64,000 nucleotides of DNA from Myxococcota bacterium (GTDB taxonomy: Bacteria > Myxococcota_A > SURF-8), in the NCBI GenBank assembly GCA_963674735.2, contig CAXXQS010000001.1, positions 1,216,001 to 1,280,000 of the forward strand. Reading direction: 5' to 3'. How positions within the stretch are numbered: position 1 is the first letter of the stretch; every line of letters starts with the position of its first letter. The notes under the pieces are model-generated. The model was not told the origin of the DNA and did not search any database. It saw only the letters and a list, made by a program, of their open reading frames with translations. Below, piece after piece: positions 39,301 through 48,604 of the stretch. The position numbers and the translations under genes are program-made.

Positions 39301-40218
39301 ATCGTGTCGTGCCACTTCGACATTATCGATAAACAGAATGGACGGGTGGCGGGTTTGGAGTTGCAGCAAAACGTTGTAGCTGTTTTCCAGCTTGAAATAG
39401 GAGACGGCGTAAAAAACGCCTCCACGGTCCGATATGTCGCGGATTTTAGTTCGGAAAAGCCGCTCGTCTACCGGATACGCTTCCAGGCTTTCGGTGGTCG
39501 TCGCATACTCACAAGACAGAGGAGTCGCCGTTTCAGGCTCGAAAGACTGGTCGATATCCAGCAGGCCGAATTCACCGAACGGACCGATTAAGGCATATTG
39601 CTGAAGGGAACCCAAGCGATCCTGCATGGCCAGCGACTGTTCACGTTTCCCGTTTTCGCGGTAAAGGCGCGCGAGCGTATGGGTAATATGGCGGCGGGTT
39701 CGTCTGGACAGGTTCGGGTGATCAATCAATTTTTCGAAAGTGGGAGTAACTTTCTGTGGAAAATCGGGTGTGTGTTGATAAAACTCCGCGAGAAATCCTG
39801 CCGCTAATGAGGCGTACGGACTTGTCGGGGACGTTGTGAGTGTTTGTATAAAGGCCGATTGCGAACAGGTGAGACGGCCTTCTAGATAGCAGACCAACCC
39901 CAAAGCCATAGAGGCTTCCGGATTCGAAGGGTTTGCCGATATGGCCTTTTCGAAAAAGGAACGGCTCGCAGCTCCGTTGTTATGCAAAAGCCAGGCTGCC
40001 CAACCCGCTTGGAACAGATCATCGTATTGCCCACGGGTTTGTGCTTCATCCGCCAAGGATTTAAACAGCGCTTCGGCTTGTGGAGTCCCTCCTTGAAGAG
40101 AGAATGAACGTGGACTGGTTGCACAGGCAGATAAGCCCCAAACCGTAATCGCTGCCAGCATCAATACAAACCGGAAATGCAACTTGAAGCGGTTGGTCGT
40201 GTAAGAAATATTACTCAT
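36355..40218 (-). CDS. TPR + DUF3857 + degenerate transglutaminase-like lipoprotein, predicted catalytically inactive
   Basis: Lipobox LSAC; LIGPFG domain; TPR-like helices; MPNLEVGDFIE (DUF3857). GNRLLLL replaces GDCKD and there is no FNH. Confidence 0.85.
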   Translation of the reverse strand: MSNISYTTNRFKLHFRFVLMLAAITVWGLSACATSPRSFSLQGGTPQAEALFKSLADEAQTRGQYDDLFQAGWAAWLLHNNGAASRSFFEKAISANPSNPEASMALGLVCYLEGRLTCSQSAFIQTLTTSPTSPYASLAAGFLAEFYQHTPDFPQKVTPTFEKLIDHPNLSRRTRRHITHTLARLYRENGKREQSLAMQDRLGSLQQYALIGPFGEFGLLDIDQSFEPETATPLSCEYATTTESLEAYPVDERLFRTKIRDISDRGGVFYAVSYFKLENSYNVLLQLQTRHPSILFIDNVEVARHDTRQAYLPPLTETVVGLAAGWHKLVLKIGSHQPNIGFDLGLTGVKGEPIALTWSADCENPPTLATDSSPKKADLPEAEERFWSKRADANPDIYTLLFSLLANMEILDIERVKQDVERALAINPHFAPLYTLRALNASSDPALPQRFAQDIARRDLKKALELDPAQAMAAHQLVEDDVAQDRIEKAIERLHTLIKQEPSYYFWYKSLFQIYNHNQWHEEAEKAAKQTLARNNRDLDFLQDLYLYYRSRSDFASAAKLVERIAQLDGPGLTYSRWLEEGGKYDEAEQQIRRSLEWIPYDRTLRRALAKLSTKRGNFKQAIEIYSALRKHPGTESQYSRELARVLVLNDRKAEAKNILEKHLKQKPGAFNVRRDIAFLSGTEILGDSVTSAETVIADFLKDNFKPEAGAVVVLDEYITRIFEDGSAIGRTHIVTRVQTKEAQTRYGEIYLPRGAEIYQLRVIKPDGRILVPDNVAGLRSITMPNLEVGDFIEMDYAEGTSKNNSLSNGRLFTARFMFRMLDTPVFRSHFRVQHPSDLPVNRFAMNYEGSEPVRHEENGWISWDYLNSKLDAIFSEPFMPVKEEVLPIVHLSLPVDWRELRDYFRQKRVLLDRPTTELRKFLNENQVNGESEFETVRRLFYAIANTVEGEDNDHRFGSTATQILLNKNGNRLLLLAALLDMIDIENEFILARPITVQPIGYPNAYPSAYSSPMLRVRLQDGQTLYLESRFKESVFNRPSPLLSGTRALVLTEEADVFTRLPVWTTQGEAKEVSLFIKLKGDGSAQAEAIERIGGYYSAGLRRKLKQIPTDRRKPFFEMVLSRNFPGAQIESVDIANLADPDLPIELHYTFTIGRMARVSRDTLRIEGGFFPLELLQSYIRLPSRNYPMLINGINSGVNTTVLQLPPGTTLASLPEPKNVSESFGRYSLNVETKGQTVTFTRDFAIPIQRVELSDYMNFYRFCAEIDRSEREGIVVRLLTEASAPSN

Positions 40219-43200
40219 GCGTCAACTCCTCAAAGCGCAGTTCTTGCTTGAATGCCTGGGTGACTTCCTGGCAGAAGCGATGAAAATCCGGATAGTCTTT
40301 AACCTCGATTCGATCTTGTCGAAAGACCAATGTGTGACTGATCAGCAGGTCCCCATCTTCGGGAATGACGGTCATGCGGAAGGAACCGAAATCCGTATCG
40401 ATTGCCTGGGGCGAGGGAATATTTAACAGTTTGAAACGACCATTCAGATGAAGTCGTAATGTAGACTCAATGGTTTGCAGACGATCGATCATAACTGGAT
40501 GTTCGCGAGTAGAGAGAGAAGCGAAGCGCTTGACCAAGTCTATTTTATCGATCGAAATCGGGGCTATTATTTCATGGCCCTCGTGGCGTAGAAAGTCGGG
40601 CAGGGTTGCTTGATACGAAAGTTCGACCGGTTTGAGGATGTCTTCCAGGTTGTCAAACGAGTAGTTTTCGACAACGGTGCCGGGGTGGTCGCGGTTGACG
40701 AGTTTTTCGAGATTTTCGTGACGCTTTTTTACATCCTGAAAATGGCGCCGAAAAATGGCGGCGCGGGACCCTTCGATTCGGATGGTGTTTTCAAGTGAGG
40801 CTTGATCGTTGACCGTGAGGTCCACAAGCGTGGTTTGCCGATAGATATTGGTGCTGGGGTCGGGTAGGGGAACACGGGTGAAGGTGGTCTGCTTTTCCGA
40901 TACCAGCATCACTTGCCCGTGCCGGTCTTGAACCGGGAGTTCGAATGGTCCCGAGAATTCAGCCGTACCATCCAGGTAGAGATCGTAGTCGGGCAAATAG
41001 GCGATGGCATGATTGAATACCGCCAAAGAGGGAGGATAAGCCGCTAGACTCCCAAGATTGTTCGTTCGAATAATCGCCATCTGGGCTCGAATTCCGGCTT
41101 CGGTAAGCATTGTGACAAGCAGCGTCGCTTTGTCTTTGCAGTCGCCGAAACGACGCTCGAAAATGCGATTAACCTGGTATGGTTTATAGCTGTGTATGCC
41201 GAATTCAAGGCCGATGTAACGTGTGTTGGTGACCACCCATTGATAAATCATCCGTACACGGTCCAGCGGGTTATCCAGGCCGTTTATCAGCTCTTTTACG
41301 ACACGTTTCAGATCTTCTTTTGCTATGAACTGGTCGCGAATCAACCCCCAATACCACGTCCCCAGTGTGGACCAGTCTTTGAAGGTTGAAACATGCAAGA
41401 CATCCGCTTGTTCGACAAGGGGAGGCGATTTGGGCTCGGAGGGGATTTTCGCAACATTTTCGGCTTTCCAACGATATTCCAGATCGCCGTTGTCCAGATA
41501 TGTCGTCTGAGGTTCGAGACTTAGCTTTGGAGTATTGTGATATAAAGGCTTTTTCTTGGGAATCAGGATCACGAATTGGCGTTCCCGGATGGGATAACGT
41601 CCTTGCAATAAATCGAGTGTGCCGAAGTAGTCGCTGAACAGATTTTCGGCGGCAATGTCGTCGATACGGTATTGTAATTCCACCACGTCGCCCGGTTCCA
41701 GATCGGGGAATGTTACAACTCTCACACGGTAATCGAAATAAATCTGATAGGCTTTGTTGACTGAATGATCGTTGTCGCTGTAACGTTCACTTACGCGTCC
41801 GTCAGGTTTGAAAACACGTGCTTTCAGAATTTTGACTTCCTGACGTTCGGGAGAGTAGCGAATCCCGAACTGTTGAAAGTTTTTAATGCCGTTTTCATCA
41901 TAAACTCGCACGATCGACTGCTTGAAGTGGCTGGATAGTCCATTCTCGAAGACTTTCCAGACGTCCGAGCTGAGCAATTCTTCGGCACTTTCCTCCGTTT
42001 CCGGGGTGGCCGGTCGTCGTGAAAGGATGAATAACGCGTCCTGAACGTACGGAACTTCGAAAGTGTTGCTTTCCGGAGTGAGATGTAGGAGATAGCGTTT
42101 TAGATCCGGGTTTTGTGGGGCGATGGCCAATGAACGATTCCATAGCTCCAAGGCTTTTTCAGCGTTTCCCGATCGATGTTCCAATTCAGCCAGACGTTCC
42201 AAAATCGTGGTATCTTCAGGAGCTATGGAAAGCGCTTTTTGAAGGGTAATGCGTGCTTTGGAGTCGTGGCCGCTGCCGCTTTGCAATTTGGACAGGCGCA
42301 GAAGGTCGGGCAGGTTCCCAGGCCGTAAGGAAAGGATTTGACGCGTAATTTTGATTGCGGTGCTCGAATCCTTGTGCTTGACCGCATTGTCGTATTGCCA
42401 GCGTAAATCTCTAGGGATATTCGCTTTATTCTGAATCAACACCCGGTGGATTTGGTCGGATTCTTTGTCGAGGTCGAGCATCTCCAGGTGTTCGGCCAAC
42501 GCTCGTTTGACGGATCGAACCGTTGGGAAGCGTCGATGCAGGTCATGGAGCAAGTCGATTGCCTCCGCACGGTGATTACGCTCATCAAGCAACTGTGACC
42601 ATAACAGTTGTGCCTCGATCAAAACCGATTCCCGTTCGAGAACCGGTAATAGCCAGTTGCGGGCTTGGACGGGTTGGCCTTCGCTGATGAAAAAGCGTGC
42701 CAGTTCAAGTGAAAAACGAGGATTTTCGGGGAAAAGACGAGCTCCGTTGAGGAGGCAGGAATGTCGACGATTGGGGTCGTCTATCGCTTCGGCGCAGTGC
42801 AATAACGCTTCGGGATCGTTGGGCTTTCGCTCGATGGCTCGTAGAGCCCATTCCGCATGGAGGTTTTGTTCCGGTGAATAGGGGTGCTGTTTCATCAATA
42901 AAAGACTGATTAGCCTGGCATTCCGACTCGTTGGATGCTTGGTGTCACGCTTGATCAATCGATCGACGGATAAAGTGAAGGATTTGTTGGAGTTACCCTT
43001 GCTCGAAAGTTTCCAGTTTTGACGGGTGGAAGGGAAAGGCGCTTTCGTCGCGGCGTTTTCATCGGATTCAAGACCCGCGAGAGCGTTTATCGCTCGTCCT
43101 TTGCGATCAAGTATAGCTGCTCGATATCCCCAGTCGCCGTCGCGACCTGAAATTTTGAGAAGCAGGTCATTCATTCCGCGTTTCAATCGGATCCGATAGG

Positions 43201-43954
43201 CCGATTGCCAGGGACGGTTTGGTCGCGGGTTTCCCCATTCGGCGACCTGCTTTTCGTTCAACCAGGCTTTGAGTGTTCCTCCGGCTCCTAAAAGCAGGAT
43301 GGCATCACGGCTCTTTGGACTGTAGATTCGTGTAAAGGCATAAGCGCTTGTATAACTGGATGGGTTGAACGCGACACGCAGATTTTGGTAGCCGTTCATT
43401 TTGGAGATGTCGGGAAAGGGTCGCCAAGAGACGGATCGCTCTTTGCCGGGATACGACTGCTGGGGGTCGAAGGCCGATTCAGGAGGGAAAACCGTTTCAT
43501 GGCCTGTGCCCCCTTCGTTGCTGAACGGACCAATAATCATCCACCGCGTAATCAGTCCGAGATTCCGACGAGCATCAATAATCGCGGAGGCGTCACCGGA
43601 ACGCCAGGCTTGTCGCCATAGCGACCAACCGGCGGCTACACGAAGATCAAACGGTACGTTTTTGGATGCCGTCAATTGTTCACAGAATCGAATATGCCGT
43701 TCGGGAGTCGATAAGTAGGGAAAGAGCTCTTGAAGTCGATAAAGCAGGGCTAGGGATTCCGGATTTGATGGATGCGTCCGCAACTGCTTTGAAATCGATT
43801 CAAATTGATGGTCGTAAAACGTCTCGGTAACCGGCAATTCATCGCAAAATACGCTACGAGGTGCCGCCGATCCTAAAATGAAAGCAAAGCCGATCATCAT
43901 GAGTACGCTGAAGTGAGTTTTCAGCATTTGGTGCAACAGATAAGATTTGAACAA
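40211..43954 (-). CDS. TPR + DUF3857 + transglutaminase-like protein with an intact Cys-His-Asp triad
   Basis: Signal peptide; WMIIGPFSN domain; TPRs; FPDLEPGDVVELQY; RYIGLEFG, GDCKDKA, FNHAI, LDGT. Confidence 0.9.
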   Translation of the reverse strand: MFKSYLLHQMLKTHFSVLMMIGFAFILGSAAPRSVFCDELPVTETFYDHQFESISKQLRTHPSNPESLALLYRLQELFPYLSTPERHIRFCEQLTASKNVPFDLRVAAGWSLWRQAWRSGDASAIIDARRNLGLITRWMIIGPFSNEGGTGHETVFPPESAFDPQQSYPGKERSVSWRPFPDISKMNGYQNLRVAFNPSSYTSAYAFTRIYSPKSRDAILLLGAGGTLKAWLNEKQVAEWGNPRPNRPWQSAYRIRLKRGMNDLLLKISGRDGDWGYRAAILDRKGRAINALAGLESDENAATKAPFPSTRQNWKLSSKGNSNKSFTLSVDRLIKRDTKHPTSRNARLISLLLMKQHPYSPEQNLHAEWALRAIERKPNDPEALLHCAEAIDDPNRRHSCLLNGARLFPENPRFSLELARFFISEGQPVQARNWLLPVLERESVLIEAQLLWSQLLDERNHRAEAIDLLHDLHRRFPTVRSVKRALAEHLEMLDLDKESDQIHRVLIQNKANIPRDLRWQYDNAVKHKDSSTAIKITRQILSLRPGNLPDLLRLSKLQSGSGHDSKARITLQKALSIAPEDTTILERLAELEHRSGNAEKALELWNRSLAIAPQNPDLKRYLLHLTPESNTFEVPYVQDALFILSRRPATPETEESAEELLSSDVWKVFENGLSSHFKQSIVRVYDENGIKNFQQFGIRYSPERQEVKILKARVFKPDGRVSERYSDNDHSVNKAYQIYFDYRVRVVTFPDLEPGDVVELQYRIDDIAAENLFSDYFGTLDLLQGRYPIRERQFVILIPKKKPLYHNTPKLSLEPQTTYLDNGDLEYRWKAENVAKIPSEPKSPPLVEQADVLHVSTFKDWSTLGTWYWGLIRDQFIAKEDLKRVVKELINGLDNPLDRVRMIYQWVVTNTRYIGLEFGIHSYKPYQVNRIFERRFGDCKDKATLLVTMLTEAGIRAQMAIIRTNNLGSLAAYPPSLAVFNHAIAYLPDYDLYLDGTAEFSGPFELPVQDRHGQVMLVSEKQTTFTRVPLPDPSTNIYRQTTLVDLTVNDQASLENTIRIEGSRAAIFRRHFQDVKKRHENLEKLVNRDHPGTVVENYSFDNLEDILKPVELSYQATLPDFLRHEGHEIIAPISIDKIDLVKRFASLSTREHPVMIDRLQTIESTLRLHLNGRFKLLNIPSPQAIDTDFGSFRMTVIPEDGDLLISHTLVFRQDRIEVKDYPDFHRFCQEVTQAFKQELRFEELTHE

Positions 43955-44127
43955 TGTTCATCCTTTCGATGCTGACGGAAATTTGAAGAAAGGATATCAC
44001 ATGGATGAATGTCGGGACTAGTCAAAAACTCTATGTGCGTTCACTCTTTTCTTCCAAAGTATAGAGAGCGATCGAGGTTGGATATGAGTAGGATCACATA
44101 AGGCGATCCTTTTAAGGAGTCAAAATG

Positions 44128-44162
44128 AAAACGGCCTTCCAGTATGAAACCGGAAGGCCGTT
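44128..44162 (-). terminator. Intrinsic terminator after the repeat protein gene
   Basis: AACGGCCTTCC...GGAAGGCCGTT 11-bp stem, with a U tail on the minus strand. Confidence 0.75.
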
Positions 44163-44182
44163 GGCAGTTTAGGGGTTAAGGA

Positions 44183-47100
44183 TTACTTTCGTCGGATAGC
44201 CAGAAATGCTGTCAGGCTCCGGCGGCGGAGGGCAAACAGGGCCATCATGAGGAATAGGAACGCGAGGAACGAGGAAGACCCGGAATGGCGGCAGTCACTT
44301 TCATCATAGCCGCCGCTGCCGTCACTGTCGCCGGTGTCGCCGTCAGCTTCGATATCGCTGTCTTCAACGCAGACTCCGTCAACACAGATCAGTCCCAGTT
44401 CATCACAATACTGATATTGGTGCCAATCACTTCCGGATTCGTCACACTGCATCACAATGTCGCCTTCGCAGCGTTTTTCTTCCGGAGTGCATACTTCAGG
44501 ATCATCACCGTCCGGGTCGTCGCCGTCGGGATCATCGCCATCGGGATCGTCGCCATCGGGATCGTCGCCGTCGGGATCATCGCCGTCAGGATCATCGCCG
44601 TCGGGATCGTCGCCGTCGACCGGAGGAGTGACGTCTTCAAGCAACAGGGTAAATTCGCCATCCAGGCGTACTGCTTCAGGTTCTACAATATGCAGATAAA
44701 CATCCGTATCCTCGTCGAAGACTTCAAGCGCGTATGCGTCGGCCAACTCACCCTCCGGAAGCTCCAAGACACTCAGACAGGAGGATGAATCGTCGCAGTC
44801 CAGCATCAGCGCAGCCTGCAGAGCAACGCCGGCTTCGTTGTTGAAGGACAACTCATATTCGTGGTCAGCCTCCAGAGTTGCATAGAGGAAAACATCGCGA
44901 CCGGCAATCGGATCGCCGTCTACGCAGGGTGATTCGATCGAGCTGTAGGCATGGGTCCCGTCGAAATTGCTCGTGTAGTCCGTATCGACCAAGAACTCAT
45001 CGGCATCGGAACAGGCGTCGCCGACAGCCAAGGGCTCGCATTCACCTTCGAAGCAGCCACCGTCTTCGGTTTCAGACAGCGGGCAGGAGGTCCAATCATC
45101 CTGCTCGGTGCAGGGCAGGGGATCACAAGTCAGACCGTCGCCTTCGTAACCATCGTCACAGGCACAGGCCGTCAGTTCGCCACTGAGAATACAGGACGCG
45201 TGTTCAACGCAGATATCCGCCAGATCCTCATCGATGTCATCTACACCGTTGCAGTTGCTGTCGATACCGTCGCAGAGCTCATCACCCGGATCGCCCGCCA
45301 CGCAGCTATCCTGAACCTGACCCGCTACGCAGCTCGTCGTACCGGTCGCCGCACAGGCACCTACGCCGCAGTCGGTGTCGAGAGGAACATAGGCTTCGTC
45401 GGCCGTTCCGTCGCAGTTATCATCGACACCATCGCAAGTGTCATCAGTATTGCTGGGATCGCCCGGAGTACAGCTATCCTGCACCTGACCTGCTACGCAA
45501 CTGGTCGCGCCGGTCGCCGCACAGGCACCTACGCCGCAGTCGGTGTCAAGAGAAACATAGGCTTCATCGGCCGTTCCGTCGCAGTTATCGTCTACACCGT
45601 CGCAGTCCGTGTCATCGCCGGTGGGGTCGCCCGCCACGCAGCTATCCTGCACCTGACCGCTGACACAGCTGGTCGCGCCGGTCGCCGCACAGGCACCTAC
45701 ACCGCAATCGGTGGCGAGGGAAGCATAGTTCTCATCTTTGGATCCGTTACAGTTGTCGTCCACACCGTCACAGTCGGAATCATCGCCGGTGGGGTCGCCC
45801 GCCACGCAGCTATCCTGGACCTGACCTGCTACGCAACTGGTCGCGCCGGTCGCCGCACAGGCACCTACACCGCAATCGGTGGCGAGGGAAGCATAGTTTT
45901 CGTCTTTGGATCCGTTGCAGTTGTCGTCCACACCGTCGCAATCCGTGTCATCACCGGTGGGGTCACCCACCACGCAGCTATCCTGGACAGAACCTTCCAC
46001 ACAGCTCGTGGCACCGGTCGCGCCGCAAGCGCCCACGCCGCAGGCCGTGGACTGGCTGACATACGCTTCATCGGCGCTGCCGTCGCAATCGTCATCGATG
46101 CCGTCACAGTCGGAATCATCGCCGGTGGGGTCGCCCGCCACGCAGCTATCCTGGACCTGACCTGCTACGCAACTGGTCGCGCCGGTCGCCGCACAGGCTC
46201 CCACGCCGCAATCGGTGGCGAGGGACGCATAGTTTTCGTCTTTGGATCCGTTGCAGTTGTCGTCCACACCGTCGCAGTCCGTGTCATCGCCGGTGGGGTC
46301 GCCCGCCACGCAGCTATCCTGGACAGAACCTTCCACACAGCTCGTGACGCCGGTCGCGCCGCAAGCGCCCACGCCGCAGGCAGTGGACTGGCTGACATAC
46401 GCTTCATCGGCGCTGCCGTCGCAATCGTCATCGATGCCGTCACAGTCGGAATCATCGCCGGTGGGGTCGCCCGCCGTGCAGCTATCCTGCACCTGACCTG
46501 CTACGCAGCTGGTCGCGCCGGTCGCCGCACAGGCACCTACACCGCAATCGGTGGCGAGGGAAGCATAGTTCTCATCTTTGGATCCGTTGCAGTTATCATC
46601 GATGCCGTCGCAGTCGCTGTCATCGCCGGTGGGGTCGCCCGCCACGCAGCTATCCTGGACAGAACCTTCCACACAGCTCGTGGCGCCGGTCGCGCCGCAA
46701 GCGCCCACGCCGCAGGCCGTGGACTGGCTGACATACGCTTCATCGGCGCTGCCGTCGCAATCGTCATCGATGCCGTCGCAGTCGGTATCGTCGCCGGTGG
46801 GGTCGCCCGCCACGCAGCTATCCTGGACAGAACCTTCCACACAGCTCGTGGAGCCGGTCGCGCCGCAAGCTCCCACGCCGCAGGCCGTGGACTGGCTGAC
46901 ATACGCTTCATCGGCGCTGCCGTCGCAATCGTCATCGATGCCGTCACAGTCGGAATCATCACCGGTGGGGTCGCCCGCCACGCAGCTATCCTGCACAGAA
47001 CCTTCCACACAGCTCGTGGCACCGGTCGCGCCGCAAGCGCCCACGCCGCAGGCCGTGGACTGACTGACATACGCTTCATCGGCGCTGCCGTCGCAATCGT

Positions 47101-48604
47101 CATCGATGCCGTCACAGTCGCTGTCGTCGCCGGTGGGGTCGCCCGCCACGCAGCTATCCTGGACAGAACCTTCCACACAGCTCGTGGCGCCGGTCGCGCC
47201 GCAAGCTCCCACGCCGCAGGCCGTGGACTGGCTGACATACGCTTCATCGGCGCTGCCGTCGCAATCGTCATCGATGCCGTCACAGTCGGAATCGTCGCCG
47301 GTGGGGTCGCCCGCCACGCAGCTATCCTGCACAGAACCTTCCACACAGCTCGTGGAGCCGGTCGCGCCGCAAGCGCCCACGCCGCAGGCCGTGGACTGGC
47401 TGACATACGCTTCATCGGCGCTGCCGTCGCAATCGTCATCGATGCCGTCACAGTCGGAATCATCGCCGGTGGGGTCGCCCGCCACGCAGCTATCCTGCAC
47501 AGAACCTTCCACACAGCTCGTGGCGCCGGTCGCGCCGCAAGCGCCCACACCGCAGGCCGTGGCCTGGCTGACATAACCTTCATCGGTGCTGCCGTCGCAG
47601 TTGTCGTCGAAACCGTCGCAGTCGTTGTCGTCATAGCTGGGGTCACCAGCAATTACGTTGCAGACTGTAGCGCTGCCGTCTTCATTGCAAATCATGTTGC
47701 CGTTGACCAAGCAGGCTCCGGTTCCATCGGAACAGGCATCGCCGAGGTCGGTGAAATCTTCATCGGTGCTGCCATCGCAGTCGTTGTCCACGCCGTCGCA
47801 GGTCTCCGCGGCGCCGGGATAGCTATTCGGATCTTCGGGCTGGCAGTCCATGCAGTCGCGGTAACCGTCTTCATCGGTGTCGGGTGTATCCAAAGGGCAA
47901 CTATTATAAGCGAAGTTGCGCAGGGCGCCGTTCCAAACGCCGGTGCCGTCGGATGCTTCAACAATCCAATTCGGGAAGGATGTTCCATCCGTATAGTAGT
48001 TTATGCTAAGCCAGACGATTTTGCCCAGACCCAGGCTGCGGATGCTCCAAAATGCGCCTCCATATTGGCCTTCTAAGACGTTTTCCGTTTCGGATGTGAG
48101 ATTCATCAGCTCATCGAGATCGTGGCTTCCGACGGGAGACAACCCGCGGATATCAACCACGCCGGTGGTGAGAACGTTGCTCGAACTGGTAATTGAATGA
48201 GGATACGCCGATCCAACATCATAAGCACCGGTTCCGCCCACGAATTGATAAATATGAGTCGAGAAAATGGTGTCGTAGCCGGTGAGGAAAACAAAGCCAC
48301 CCGATGTCGCATAGCTTTCCAAATTCGAGATGACACCTGTAGGCAACAGATAATCGAATCGATTGGAGATAAAAACGGCTTGATAGCCGGATAGATCGTC
48401 CGACAGGGCGGAAAAATCGCTGCTCACCACCGTATCAACGGTGAAGCCATCGTTTTCCAGCACGGTGCTGATGCTTGTATTGGTGTCGGCTGCAAACGTG
48501 ACGTGCAGGATGCTTGCCTCGGCCTCGTTGGTCCAAGCGATTTGCAACAGGAACGCCAGGCTTAGACAGAGCATGAGCGCAGTTCGAATCGATAATCTTC
48601 GCAT
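44183..48604 (-). CDS. Secreted Cys/Asp-rich surface protein with MopE-type (CDGxDxDCDG) repeats, an EGF-like module and a C-terminal MYXO-CTERM-like sorting signal
   Basis: Signal peptide (AEA); PGAAETCDGVDNDCDG; 14 x 56-aa repeats; CACDDGYEGDG; tail SDC-RHSGSSS-FLAFLFLMMALFAL-RRR. Confidence 0.88.
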   Translation of the reverse strand: MRRLSIRTALMLCLSLAFLLQIAWTNEAEASILHVTFAADTNTSISTVLENDGFTVDTVVSSDFSALSDDLSGYQAVFISNRFDYLLPTGVISNLESYATSGGFVFLTGYDTIFSTHIYQFVGGTGAYDVGSAYPHSITSSSNVLTTGVVDIRGLSPVGSHDLDELMNLTSETENVLEGQYGGAFWSIRSLGLGKIVWLSINYYTDGTSFPNWIVEASDGTGVWNGALRNFAYNSCPLDTPDTDEDGYRDCMDCQPEDPNSYPGAAETCDGVDNDCDGSTDEDFTDLGDACSDGTGACLVNGNMICNEDGSATVCNVIAGDPSYDDNDCDGFDDNCDGSTDEGYVSQATACGVGACGATGATSCVEGSVQDSCVAGDPTGDDSDCDGIDDDCDGSADEAYVSQSTACGVGACGATGSTSCVEGSVQDSCVAGDPTGDDSDCDGIDDDCDGSADEAYVSQSTACGVGACGATGATSCVEGSVQDSCVAGDPTGDDSDCDGIDDDCDGSADEAYVSQSTACGVGACGATGATSCVEGSVQDSCVAGDPTGDDSDCDGIDDDCDGSADEAYVSQSTACGVGACGATGSTSCVEGSVQDSCVAGDPTGDDTDCDGIDDDCDGSADEAYVSQSTACGVGACGATGATSCVEGSVQDSCVAGDPTGDDSDCDGIDDNCNGSKDENYASLATDCGVGACAATGATSCVAGQVQDSCTAGDPTGDDSDCDGIDDDCDGSADEAYVSQSTACGVGACGATGVTSCVEGSVQDSCVAGDPTGDDTDCDGVDDNCNGSKDENYASLATDCGVGACAATGATSCVAGQVQDSCVAGDPTGDDSDCDGIDDDCDGSADEAYVSQSTACGVGACGATGATSCVEGSVQDSCVVGDPTGDDTDCDGVDDNCNGSKDENYASLATDCGVGACAATGATSCVAGQVQDSCVAGDPTGDDSDCDGVDDNCNGSKDENYASLATDCGVGACAATGATSCVSGQVQDSCVAGDPTGDDTDCDGVDDNCDGTADEAYVSLDTDCGVGACAATGATSCVAGQVQDSCTPGDPSNTDDTCDGVDDNCDGTADEAYVPLDTDCGVGACAATGTTSCVAGQVQDSCVAGDPGDELCDGIDSNCNGVDDIDEDLADICVEHASCILSGELTACACDDGYEGDGLTCDPLPCTEQDDWTSCPLSETEDGGCFEGECEPLAVGDACSDADEFLVDTDYTSNFDGTHAYSSIESPCVDGDPIAGRDVFLYATLEADHEYELSFNNEAGVALQAALMLDCDDSSSCLSVLELPEGELADAYALEVFDEDTDVYLHIVEPEAVRLDGEFTLLLEDVTPPVDGDDPDGDDPDGDDPDGDDPDGDDPDGDDPDGDDPDGDDPEVCTPEEKRCEGDIVMQCDESGSDWHQYQYCDELGLICVDGVCVEDSDIEADGDTGDSDGSGGYDESDCRHSGSSSFLAFLFLMMALFALRRRSLTAFLAIRRK
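44498..44617 (-). repeat. 8 x 15-bp tandem repeat encoding (DGDDP)8
   Basis: GACGGCGACGATCCC-type units with synonymous variation. Confidence 0.92.
45296..47647 (-). repeat. 14 x 168-bp near-identical intragenic tandem repeats (56 aa)
   Basis: GGTGGGGTCGCCC recurs with 168-bp periodicity. Unit: GDPTGDDSDCDGIDDDCDGSADEAYVSQSTACGVGACGATGATSCVEGSVQDSCVA. Confidence 0.95.

Noticed and set aside
45296-47647. Regularly spaced repeats resembling a CRISPR array
   Set aside because: The whole 168-bp unit repeats with no unique spacers, it is in frame within a CDS, and there are no cas genes.
44951-48076. 1041-aa plus-strand ORF and other long ORFs overlapping the repeat protein
   Set aside because: Antisense or shifted-frame shadows of a repetitive D/G/C/T-rich gene. 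The minus-strand frame has the signal peptide, domain motifs and sorting tail.
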